Shown in pieces: positions 30,401 to 38,140 of a stretch of 64,000 nucleotides of DNA. Origin of the DNA: Nitrospinales bacterium (GTDB lineage: Bacteria; Nitrospinota; Nitrospinia; Nitrospinales; VA-1); the NCBI GenBank assembly GCA_965263085.1, contig OZ253582.1:349848-413847 (forward strand), given 5' to 3'. Below the pieces are notes generated by a model. The model was not told where the DNA came from. It saw nothing but the letters and a program-made list of their open reading frames with translations, and ran no database searches. The translations under genes and the position numbers were made by a program. Numbering within the stretch: the first letter of the stretch is position 1; each line of letters opens with the position of its first letter.

Positions 30401-33400
30401 CGGCTGATACCACTACCCTGACCTACACGGTCACCGATACCAACGGGGCCAGCGAGAATGCGACCTTCACGGTCACGGTCAACGAGGGCTTGGCGCTGAC
30501 CGCATCGGGCAACCAGAATTACACAGAGGGCAGGGTGATCACCGCTCTGCAACTGCCGGTAGCGACCGGCGGCACGGGAACGCTGGTGTACACTCTGACA
30601 GGGCCAAGCGGCGGCAACCTGCCGGCGGGTCTGACCTTTACCCCTGGCACACGCACGCTGTCCGGCACGCCGAGCACGGCTGATACCACTACCCTGACCT
30701 ACACGGTCACCGATACCAACGGTGCCAGCGAGAATGCGACCTTCATGGTCACGGTCAACGCCAGCTTAGCGCTGACCGCGCCGGTCGACCAGAATTACAC
30801 AGAGGGCAGGGTGATCACCGCTCTGGAACTGCCGGTAGCGACCGGCGGCACCGGGACGCTGACCTACACTCTGACCAGCGTGCCGGGTCTGAACTTTAAC
30901 GCCAACACACGCACGCTGTCCGGCACGCCGAGCACGGCTGATACCACTACCCTGACCTACACGGTCACCGATACCAACGGTGCCAGCGAGAATGCGACCT
31001 TCATGGTCACGGTCAACGCCAGCTTAGCGCTGACCGCGCCGGTCGACCAGAATTACACAGAGGGCAGGGTGATCACCGCTCTGGAACTGCCGGTAGCGAC
31101 CGGCGGCACCGGGACGCTGACCTACACTCTGACCAGCGTGCCGGGTCTGACCTTTACCCCCGGCACACGCACGCTGTCCGGCACGCCGAGCACGGCTGAT
31201 ACCACTACCCTGACCTACACGGTCACCGATACCAACGGTGCCAGCGAGAATGCGACCTTCATGGTCACGGTCAACGCCAGCTTAGCGCTGACCGCGCCGG
31301 TCGACCAGAATTACACGCTTGATACGGAGATCACCGGTCTGACTCTGCCGGAAGCGGACGGCGGCACGGCGCCGCTGACCTACACTCTGACCAGCGTGCC
31401 GGGTCTGAACTTTAACGCCAACACACGCACGCTGTCCGGCACGCCGAGCACGGCTGATACCACTACCCTGACCTACACGGTCACCGATACCAACGGGGCC
31501 AGCGAGAATGCGACCTTCACGGTCACGGTCAACGAGGGCTTGGCGCTGACCGCATCGGGCAACCAGAATTACACAGAGGGCAGGGTGATCACCGCTCTGC
31601 AACTGCCGGTAGCGACCGGCGGCACCGGGACGCTGACCTACACTCTGACCAGCGTGCCGGGTCTGACCTTTACCCCCGGCACACGCACGCTGTCCGGCAC
31701 GCCGAGCACGGCTGATACCACTACCCTGACCTACACGGTCACCGATACCAACGGTGCCAGCGAGAATGCGACCTTCATGGTCACGGTCAACGCCAGCTTA
31801 GCGCTGACCGCGCCGGTCGACCAGAATTACACGCTTGATACGGAGATCACCGGTCTGACTCTGCCGGAAGCGGACGGCGGCACGGCGCCGCTGACCTACA
31901 CTCTGACCAGCGTGCCGGGTCTGAACTTTAACGCCAACACACGCACGCTGTCCGGCACGCCGAGCACGGCTGATACCACTACCCTGACCTACACGGTCAC
32001 CGATACCAACGGGGCCAGCGAGAATGCGACCTTCACGGTCACGGTCAACGAGGGCTTGGCGCTGACCGCATCGGGCAACCAGAATTACACAGAGGGCAGG
32101 GTGATCACCGCTCTGGAACTGCCGGTAGCGACCGGCGGCACCGGGACGCTGACCTACACTCTGACCAGCGTGCCGGGTCTGACCTTTAACGCCAACACAC
32201 GCACGCTGTCCGGCACGCCGAGCACGGCTGATACCACTACCCTGACCTACACGGTCACCGATACCAACGGTGCCAGCGAGAATGCGACCTTCATGGTCAC
32301 GGTCAACGAGGGCTTGGCGCTGACCGCGCCGGTCGACCAGAATTACACGCTTGATACGGAGATCACCGGTCTGACTCTGCCGGAAGCGGACGGCGGCACG
32401 GCGCCGCTGACCTACACTCTGACCAGCGTGCCGGGTCTGAACTTTAACGCCAACACACGCACGCTGTCCGGCACGCCGAGCACGGCTGATACCACTACCC
32501 TGACCTACACGGTCACCGATACCAACGGGGCCAGCGAGAATGCGACCTTCACGGTCACGGTCAACGAGGGCTTGGCGCTGACCGCATCGGGCAACCAGAA
32601 TTACACAGAGGGCAGGGTGATCACCGCTCTGGAACTGCCGGTAGCGACCGGCGGCACCGGGACGCTGACCTACACTCTGACCAGCGTGCCGGGTCTGACC
32701 TTTAACGCCAACACACGCACGCTGTCCGGCACGCCGAGCACGGCTGATACCACTACCCTGACCTACGAGGTCATGGATGACAACGGGGCCAGCACGAGTG
32801 TGGACTTCACGGTCACGGTCAACGAGGGCTTGGCGCTGACCGCATCGGGCAACCAGAATTACACGCTTGATACGGAGATCGACGATCTGCAACTGCCGGA
32901 AGCGAGCGGCGGCACGGGAACGCTGGTGTACACTCTGACAGGGCCAAGCGGCGGCAACCTGCCGGCGGGTCTGACCTTTGACACACGCACACTGTCCGGC
33001 ACGCCGGACACGGCTGGTACCACCAACCTGACCTACAGGGTCACCGATGCCAACGATGCCACCACGACTGCGACCTTCACCGTCATAGTCAGCGACGGCT
33101 TGGCGCTGACCGCATCCGGCAACCAGAATTACACGCTTGGCACGGCGATCACCAATCTGGAACTGCCAGCAGCGACCGGCGGCACGGCGCCACTGACGTA
33201 CACTCTGACCAGTGTGCCGGGTCTGGACTTTGACCCCGGCACACGCACGCTGTCCGGCACGCCGAGCACGCCTGCTACCACCACCCTGACCTACATGGTC
33301 AGCGATGCCAACGGTGCCAGCACGACTGCGACCTTCACCGTCATAGTCAGCGACGGCTTGGCGCTGACCGCATCGGGCAACCAGAATTACACGCTTAATA

Positions 33401-36339
33401 CGGCGATCACCAATCTGGAACTGCCGGAAGCGAGCGGCGGCACGGGAACGCTGGTGTACACTCTGACAGGGCCAAGCGGCGGCAACCTGCCGGCGGGTCT
33501 GACCTTTGACACACGCACACTGTCCGGCACGCCGGACACGGCTGGTACCACCAACCTGACCTACAGGGTCACCGATGCCAACGATGCCACCACGACTGCG
33601 ACCTTCACCGTCATAGTCAGCGACGGCTTGGCGCTGACCGCATCCGGCAACCAGAATTACACGCTTGATACGGCGATCAGCAATCTGCAACTGCCAGCAG
33701 CGACCGGTGGCACGGGGACGTTGACCTACACTCTGACCAATGTGCCGGGTCTGGACTTTAACGTCGACACACGCATACTGTCCGGCACGCCGGACACGGC
33801 TGGTACCACCACCCTGACCTACGAGGTCACCGATACCAACGGTGCCAGCACGACTGCGACCTTCACCGTCATAGTCAGCGACGGCTTGGCGCTGACCGCG
33901 CCGGCCAACCAGACTTACACAGAGGACAGGGCGATCAACAATCTGCAACTGCTGGCAGCGACCGGTGGCACGGGGACGTTGACCTACACTCTGACCAATG
34001 TGCCGGGTCTGGACTTTAACGTCGACACACGCATACTGTCCGGCACGCCGGACACGGCTGGTACCACCACCCTGACCTACGAGGTCATGGATGAAAACGG
34101 TGCCAGCACGAATGCGACCTTCACCGTCATAGTCAACGACAGCTTGGCGCTGACCGCGCCGGTCGACCAGAATTACACGCTTGATACGGCGATCACCGAT
34201 CTGCAACTGCCGATAGCGACTGGCGGCACCGGGACGCTGACCTACACTCTGACCAATGTGCCGGGTCTGACCTTTACCCCTGGCACACGCACGCTGTCCG
34301 GCACGCCGGACACGGCTGGTACCACCACCCTGACCTACAGGGTCACCGATACCAACGGTGCCAGCACGAGTGTGACCTTCACGGTTAGTGTCAGCGAGGG
34401 CTTGGCGCTGACCGCATCGGGCAACCAGAATTACACAGAGGGCAGGGCGATCACCGATCTGCAACTGCTGGCAGCGACCGGTGGCACCGGGACGTTGACG
34501 TACACTCTGACCAGTGTGCCGGGTCTGGACTTTAACGCCAACACACGCATACTGTCCGGCACGCCAAGCACGGCTGGTACCACCACCCTGACCTACAGGG
34601 TCACCGATGACAACGGTGCCAGCACGAGTGTGGACTTCATGGTCACGGTCAACGCCGGCTTGACGCTCGATACACCGGCCAACCAGAATTACACGCTTGA
34701 CACGGAGATCCCCGATCTGCCACTGCCGGAAGCGACCGGCGGCACGGGGACGTTGACGTACACTCTGACCGGGCCAAGCGGCCTGCAGGGAGGTCTGACC
34801 GTGTCAAACGACGACACCCTGCCGGGAGGTCTGACCTTTACCGCCGGCACACACACGCTGTCCGGCACGCCGGACACGGCTGGTACCACCACCTTGACCT
34901 ACACGGTCACCGGTGCCAACGGTGCCAGCACGAATGTGACCTTCACGGTCACGGTATCCGACAATACGGACGAGGGGTTTGCCGACCTCAATACCTTGAT
35001 CCTGCCGGAAATGGCGCGGGCCATAGCCGACCAGAAGGTGAGCGCGATAACACAACGTATTGCTAAGACCATGAGCGGTGGCAGTACCCGGTCCGTCACT
35101 ATTGCCGGGCAGCCCACATTGGCCGAGGCGGCATCTGCCCACGGCCAGGCCATCGCCGATGGCACGCTGAGTCTTAAGGATCTGCTGAACAACTCTGACT
35201 TTGTCCTGCCGCTGAATGATGCCAGCGGTACGGACAGCGGAGCCTTATGGGGCGGGGGCAGCTACCGCAGCTTCGAAGGTTCCGGCGGGGAAGATGTGGA
35301 CTTTGACGGAGACCTGTTCAGCGCCTATCTGGGACTGGACACTCAACCGCGTGACGACCTGCTGATCGGCCTGACGCTATCCTGGAGCCAGAGCAATCTT
35401 GGCTACCAGAGGAGTGAACTCGAACGCAAGGGGGATTATAAGCTGGACCTCACCAGTATTAATCCTTATGTAGGCTGGGAAGTGCTGGCCGGAAAACTGG
35501 ATCTGTGGGCCACTGCGGGCTACGGCTGGGGTGACCTTAAGATCACTGATGACGGGTCGGACCAGGCATCGAGCTATGTTGAAGCGTGGGACGTGGCTGT
35601 GGGCGGTAATATCCAGTTGTCGCAGGCGACGAGCCCGGTCCTGTTCCGGCTCAAGAGTTCAGCCTTGCTGACCGAGATGGATGTGGAGGGCAGCGATGAT
35701 ATTGCGGGGCTGGGAGTGGATGCCAGCCTGTTGCGCATGGTCCTGGAAGGAACGGATAAACATCTGCTGGCCAACGGGGCTTATGTGGAGCCGAGCCTGG
35801 AGGTCGGAGTGCGGTATAACGGCGGCGACGGCGAGACTGGTTTCGAGGCCGAGTTGGGTGCCGGTTTCCGCTACATCAATCCGATCGCCGGTCTGACCCT
35901 GGAAGGCAGGGCACGCACCCTGGTGGGACGGGACAATTATAATGCATGGGGCCTTTCCGGCCTGATTCTTCTGGAGCAGGGCAGCAACGGGCGGGGGCTG
36001 TCGTTCAGCCTGAGTCCCGGTTACGGTAATACCAACAGCGGTACGGAAAAAATATGGAAGGATGGCCTGCGTGACGAGATCAGCGGTGACCAGGGTTACA
36101 GCCTGCGGCTGGACACCCGGATTGGTTACGGGCTGACCGCTCCCGGTGTGCGGGGACTGCTGACTCCTTACAGCGAAATGACCTTCGGCGGCTCTGACAG
36201 GAGTTACCGCCTGGGGATAAGATGGGAACTTGATTCGTTGTTTGACCTGAACCTGACCGGTGAGCGTATAGAGAGCAACAGCAGCACCGCTGACCGCGCC
36301 ATTGACCGCGCCATGCTGAAAGGCAATATCCGGTTTTAA
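27478..36339 (+). CDS. giant autotransporter adhesin, C-terminal segment (29 modules + linker + beta-barrel translocator)
   Basis: 2953-aa track ORF. Its GTG start falls inside a module (..SVPGLDFDAD..) and there is no signal peptide. After module 29 come a helical linker (ADLNTLILPEMARAIADQKVSAITQRIAK) and a barrel-like domain (LWGGGSYRSFEG, DLFSAYLGLD, alternating-hydrophobic strands) ending ...LKGNIRF. Confidence 0.85.
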   Translation: MPGLDFDADTRILSGTPSTPATTTLTYMVSDANGASTTATFTVIVSDGLALTASGNQNYTQDKAIPDLQLPEASGGTEPLTYTLTSVPGLDFDADTRILSGTPSTPATTTLTYMVSDANGASTTATFTVIVSDGLALTASGNQNYTEDKAIPDLQLPIATGGTGTLTYTLTGPSGGNLPAGLTFSGRTLSGTPTEVGTTTLTYEVMDENGASTSVDFTVTVNAGLALSARGDQNYTEDTAIPDLELPEASGGTEPLTYTLTSVPGLDFDADTRILSGTPSTPATTTLTYMVSDANGASTTATFTVIVSDGLALTASGNQNYTQDKAIPDLQLPIATGGTGTLTYTLTSVPGLDFDPGTRTLSGTPSTPATTTLTYMVSDANGASTTATFTVIVSDGLALTASGNQNYTQDKAIPDLELPVATGGTEPLTYTLTSVPGLDFNPGTRILSGTPSTADTTTLTYTVTDTNGASENATFMVTVNASLALTAPVDQNYTLDTEITGLTLPEADGGTAPLTYTLTSVPGLNFNANTRTLSGTPSTADTTTLTYTVTDTNGASENATFMVTVNASLALTAPVDQNYTLDTEITGLTLPEADGGTAPLTYTLTSVPGLNFNANTRTLSGTPSTADTTTLTYTVTDTNGASENATFTVTVNEGLALTASGNQNYTEGRVITALQLPVATGGTGTLVYTLTGPSGGNLPAGLTFTPGTRTLSGTPSTADTTTLTYTVTDTNGASENATFMVTVNASLALTAPVDQNYTLDTEITGLTLPEADGGTGTLTYTLTSVPGLTFTPGTRTLSGTPSTADTTTLTYTVTDTNGASENATFMVTVNASLALTAPVDQNYTLDTEITGLTLPEADGGTAPLTYTLTSVPGLNFNANTRTLSGTPSTADTTTLTYTVTDTNGASENATFMVTVNASLALTAPVDQNYTLDTEITGLTLPEADGGTAPLTYTLTSVPGLNFNANTRTLSGTPSTADTTTLTYTVTDTNGASENATFTVTVNEGLALTASGNQNYTEGRVITALQLPVATGGTGTLVYTLTGPSGGNLPAGLTFTPGTRTLSGTPSTADTTTLTYTVTDTNGASENATFMVTVNASLALTAPVDQNYTEGRVITALELPVATGGTGTLTYTLTSVPGLNFNANTRTLSGTPSTADTTTLTYTVTDTNGASENATFMVTVNASLALTAPVDQNYTEGRVITALELPVATGGTGTLTYTLTSVPGLTFTPGTRTLSGTPSTADTTTLTYTVTDTNGASENATFMVTVNASLALTAPVDQNYTLDTEITGLTLPEADGGTAPLTYTLTSVPGLNFNANTRTLSGTPSTADTTTLTYTVTDTNGASENATFTVTVNEGLALTASGNQNYTEGRVITALQLPVATGGTGTLTYTLTSVPGLTFTPGTRTLSGTPSTADTTTLTYTVTDTNGASENATFMVTVNASLALTAPVDQNYTLDTEITGLTLPEADGGTAPLTYTLTSVPGLNFNANTRTLSGTPSTADTTTLTYTVTDTNGASENATFTVTVNEGLALTASGNQNYTEGRVITALELPVATGGTGTLTYTLTSVPGLTFNANTRTLSGTPSTADTTTLTYTVTDTNGASENATFMVTVNEGLALTAPVDQNYTLDTEITGLTLPEADGGTAPLTYTLTSVPGLNFNANTRTLSGTPSTADTTTLTYTVTDTNGASENATFTVTVNEGLALTASGNQNYTEGRVITALELPVATGGTGTLTYTLTSVPGLTFNANTRTLSGTPSTADTTTLTYEVMDDNGASTSVDFTVTVNEGLALTASGNQNYTLDTEIDDLQLPEASGGTGTLVYTLTGPSGGNLPAGLTFDTRTLSGTPDTAGTTNLTYRVTDANDATTTATFTVIVSDGLALTASGNQNYTLGTAITNLELPAATGGTAPLTYTLTSVPGLDFDPGTRTLSGTPSTPATTTLTYMVSDANGASTTATFTVIVSDGLALTASGNQNYTLNTAITNLELPEASGGTGTLVYTLTGPSGGNLPAGLTFDTRTLSGTPDTAGTTNLTYRVTDANDATTTATFTVIVSDGLALTASGNQNYTLDTAISNLQLPAATGGTGTLTYTLTNVPGLDFNVDTRILSGTPDTAGTTTLTYEVTDTNGASTTATFTVIVSDGLALTAPANQTYTEDRAINNLQLLAATGGTGTLTYTLTNVPGLDFNVDTRILSGTPDTAGTTTLTYEVMDENGASTNATFTVIVNDSLALTAPVDQNYTLDTAITDLQLPIATGGTGTLTYTLTNVPGLTFTPGTRTLSGTPDTAGTTTLTYRVTDTNGASTSVTFTVSVSEGLALTASGNQNYTEGRAITDLQLLAATGGTGTLTYTLTSVPGLDFNANTRILSGTPSTAGTTTLTYRVTDDNGASTSVDFMVTVNAGLTLDTPANQNYTLDTEIPDLPLPEATGGTGTLTYTLTGPSGLQGGLTVSNDDTLPGGLTFTAGTHTLSGTPDTAGTTTLTYTVTGANGASTNVTFTVTVSDNTDEGFADLNTLILPEMARAIADQKVSAITQRIAKTMSGGSTRSVTIAGQPTLAEAASAHGQAIADGTLSLKDLLNNSDFVLPLNDASGTDSGALWGGGSYRSFEGSGGEDVDFDGDLFSAYLGLDTQPRDDLLIGLTLSWSQSNLGYQRSELERKGDYKLDLTSINPYVGWEVLAGKLDLWATAGYGWGDLKITDDGSDQASSYVEAWDVAVGGNIQLSQATSPVLFRLKSSALLTEMDVEGSDDIAGLGVDASLLRMVLEGTDKHLLANGAYVEPSLEVGVRYNGGDGETGFEAELGAGFRYINPIAGLTLEGRARTLVGRDNYNAWGLSGLILLEQGSNGRGLSFSLSPGYGNTNSGTEKIWKDGLRDEISGDQGYSLRLDTRIGYGLTAPGVRGLLTPYSEMTFGGSDRSYRLGIRWELDSLFDLNLTGERIESNSSTADRAIDRAMLKGNIRF
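28657..32820 (+). repeat. block of 16 near-identical modules organised as 1050-nt (4-module) and ~516-nt (2-module) higher-order repeats
   Basis: Identical 106-aa antisense ORFs at 29182, 30232 and 31282 show three identical 321-nt stretches at exact 1050-nt spacing. Module boundaries were mapped by hand (258+258+276+258 nt). Confidence 0.9.
34957..36339 (+). other. autotransporter linker plus C-terminal beta-barrel domain of the adhesin
   Basis: This non-repetitive ~460-aa tail starts SDNTDEGF. It is Gly/aromatic-rich with amphipathic strands and a terminal Phe, as is typical for outer-membrane beta-barrels. Confidence 0.75.
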
Positions 36340-36393
36340 CAGGAGAGGGGCCAGGATCGCATTAGCTATTCTGTTTCTTCTTTGCTGTGAGGC

Positions 36394-36564
36394 TGATAAA
36401 ATGGTTAAAGTTTTAACACCATTTTGACCGCGAAAACAAGATGCCGAATAAACCTCTCATGGCTGTAGATATTGAGTCCCTCATCATCACCACCCTGGAA
36501 GAAGACATCCAAAGTGGTGACATCACCACCAGGAGCATTATACCTGAGGGACAACTCCGCGAGG
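36394..36564 (+). repeat. right copy of the island-flanking direct repeat (nadC promoter/5' end)
   Basis: About 75-80% identical by eye to 18993-19178. The perfect 22-mer core lies at 36510-36531. The outer repeat ends are approximate. Confidence 0.7.
36398..36425. promoter_or_regulatory. 28-nt AT-rich imperfect palindrome just upstream of nadC (operator or weak terminator candidate)
   Basis: AAAATGGT-taaagttttaac-ACCATTTT, with an inner TTAAA/TTTAA pairing. It lies 15 nt before ATG 36441 and about 60 nt after the adhesin stop. Confidence 0.3.
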
Positions 36565-37295
36565 CGGAGCTGATTGCCAAAGATGATTTGATCCTATCCG
36601 GATTGGAAATATTTAAAACCTTGTTCCTGAAACTGGACTCTGGCGCTGTATTTCTATCGGAGCCTTTTAAGGATGGAGATTCTGTTGCAAAGGATTCCAC
36701 AATCATCAAGTTTCGTTGTAATGGTGTTAGATTATTGGAAGGTGAGAGGTCGGGACTCAATATTTTGCAGTGGTTAAGTGGAATTGCAACGCTCACCCGC
36801 AGGTATGTTGACAAGGCATACCCTGTTACGGTTCTGGATACCCGTAAAACCACTCCGGGACTGAGGGTTTTTGAAAAATACGCAGTGCGTTGTGGGGGTG
36901 GTTCCAATCATCGGTTTGGACTGTATGATGCGGTGATGATTAAAGACAATCATATAAAACTTGCCGGGAGTATTTCCGAGGCGGTAGAGAAAGTGCGTAA
37001 CGTATTAGGTCAACAAAAAAAAATTGAAGTCGAAACCCAAAACCTTGATGAAGTTCAAGAAGCTTTGAGGCAACGAGTCGAAATCATCATGTTGGACAAC
37101 ATGTCTATTGATATGATCCGTGAAGCCGTGAAACTCATTAAGGGTCAGGCAAAAGTTGAAATTAGCGGCGGCATAAATTTGGAAAGCTTGAACGAGATAT
37201 CCAAAACCGGGGCCGATTTTGTCTCGGTGGGTGCACTGACTCATTCTGCTCTCTCTGTCGATATCAGTATGAATATCATTTCGGGCGACGCATAG
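36441..37295 (+). CDS. nadC: nicotinate-nucleotide pyrophosphorylase (quinolinate phosphoribosyltransferase)
   Basis: 284-aa ORF with EDIQSGDITT, LDTRKTTPGLR, IMLDN and the C-terminal GALTHS. Confidence 0.95.
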   Translation: MPNKPLMAVDIESLIITTLEEDIQSGDITTRSIIPEGQLREAELIAKDDLILSGLEIFKTLFLKLDSGAVFLSEPFKDGDSVAKDSTIIKFRCNGVRLLEGERSGLNILQWLSGIATLTRRYVDKAYPVTVLDTRKTTPGLRVFEKYAVRCGGGSNHRFGLYDAVMIKDNHIKLAGSISEAVEKVRNVLGQQKKIEVETQNLDEVQEALRQRVEIIMLDNMSIDMIREAVKLIKGQAKVEISGGINLESLNEISKTGADFVSVGALTHSALSVDISMNIISGDA

Positions 37296-37718
37296 ATGCC
37301 TTGCAAAGATACAACAGCTCAGATAACCATTATTCTGGATGAAAGAGACTGTCTAGTCAGTTTTGATTTTTCAAAACTGACCTGCCAGAAGTCTGTCGGA
37401 GGGGGAACTGATCTAATGCAACTTTGTCGCGGTAAACCCGTTGACGAAGTAGTCAAGTTGGAGTTCAGTGATCTGGTGGTTGATCTCGGACTGATCGGTT
37501 CAGAAGAACAATTCCTGTTATATTTAGAGTGGGATGCTTTGGGAGCGGCTCTCAGCCAATATCAAGGGAGTCAACACGAAGTCGATAGAAATCGATATCA
37601 AATCGCCACCATTGCTTATGAATCAGGTCAGGTGGAAATCCGGCAAATGGTCGCATCGCCAGAAGAAATGCCAAAGCTTATACCCTGTAGAAAACGGGCC
37701 GTAGAAAAAACTCCCTAG
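37296..37718 (+). CDS. hypothetical protein, start abutting the nadC stop
   Basis: 140-aa ORF. Its ATG immediately follows the nadC TAG (gcaTAGATGcc). No motif recognised. Confidence 0.5.
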   Translation: MPCKDTTAQITIILDERDCLVSFDFSKLTCQKSVGGGTDLMQLCRGKPVDEVVKLEFSDLVVDLGLIGSEEQFLLYLEWDALGAALSQYQGSQHEVDRNRYQIATIAYESGQVEIRQMVASPEEMPKLIPCRKRAVEKTP

Positions 37719-38140
37719 TCTTCGGGATAAAGCCGCACCAAGCGGACATATCCCTGAGAATAGTCCTGATCGAATTGTTGCGCGTTGCCGGAGGAATAGG
37801 AAAAATAGAACGCCGCCTGTTGGTCAAAAGGCAAGCACCATGACGCATTTCCTCCACCTGTTGCGAAGAGTGGGTCGAGGTGAATTTCACAGCTTGATCG
37901 GGCCATGATCGTACATTCAGCAATGAAGATTTTTTCGATCTCTTCTCTTTCCGGGATACGCCAGTCGTGATACCCGAGGTAGTCTTTTTTATTCATTTCA
38001 TCGACAAATTGAAGTGCTTCTTGGAACGTCAACCAATCCTGAGCCACAGGCCAGGAGTCTTCTTTGGACCACACTAAACCGGTATCATGATCTAACACGG
38101 TCCCATCCCCTTTATCTTCAAACCTGCTGGTTTCATTCAT
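37715..38140 (-). CDS. DUF1566 (Lcl C-terminal domain)-like protein
   Basis: 141-aa ORF with GTVLDHDTGLVWSKEDSW...W.EA..F....N...YLGYHDWRIPEREE. It is a paralog of 52251-52679 and has no signal peptide. Confidence 0.55.
   Translation of the reverse strand: MNETSRFEDKGDGTVLDHDTGLVWSKEDSWPVAQDWLTFQEALQFVDEMNKKDYLGYHDWRIPEREEIEKIFIAECTIMARSSCEIHLDPLFATGGGNASWCLPFDQQAAFYFSYSSGNAQQFDQDYSQGYVRLVRLYPED

Larger units (their letters stand above)
19341..34956 (+). repeat. coding tandem array of about 59-60 modules (258-276 nt each)
   Basis: I counted LSGTP-type module cores: 26 in the upstream ORF, 29 in the downstream ORF (the first partial), and about 4-5 in the scrambled zone between them. Confidence 0.9.
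19179..36393 (+). mobile_element. putative horizontally acquired genomic island (single cargo gene, no mobility genes)
   Basis: Abrupt composition shift: hand counts give 65%, 60% and 55% GC in lines 27481, 30001 and 35521, against 37% and 43% in flank lines 18961 and 36421. It is bracketed by diverged direct repeats of the nadC 5' region with an identical 22-bp core. Confidence 0.55.

Noticed and set aside
19200-34464. Long minus-strand ORFs inside the island: 340, 350, 203, 234 and 153 aa, three of 106 aa, and one of 888 aa at 31798-34464.
   Set aside because: These are Arg/Gly/Gln-rich low-complexity mirror images of the sense-strand repeats, and their periodicity simply follows the sense modules. 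GC-rich repeats rarely generate antisense stop codons. The sense frame carries a coherent signal peptide, Ig-module and barrel architecture, so the antisense ORFs are artefacts.
19341-34956. Highly periodic repeats that could be mistaken for a CRISPR array or non-coding satellite DNA.
   Set aside because: The period is 258-276 nt with no short repeat/unique spacer alternation. The repeats are in frame, a multiple of 3 nt long, and encode a recognisable protein domain.
19179-36393. The island as a prophage, ICE or transposon.
   Set aside because: I could find no integrase, transposase, conjugation or phage gene and no terminal inverted repeats. Only the nadC-derived direct repeats support mobility, so it is called a putative genomic island only.
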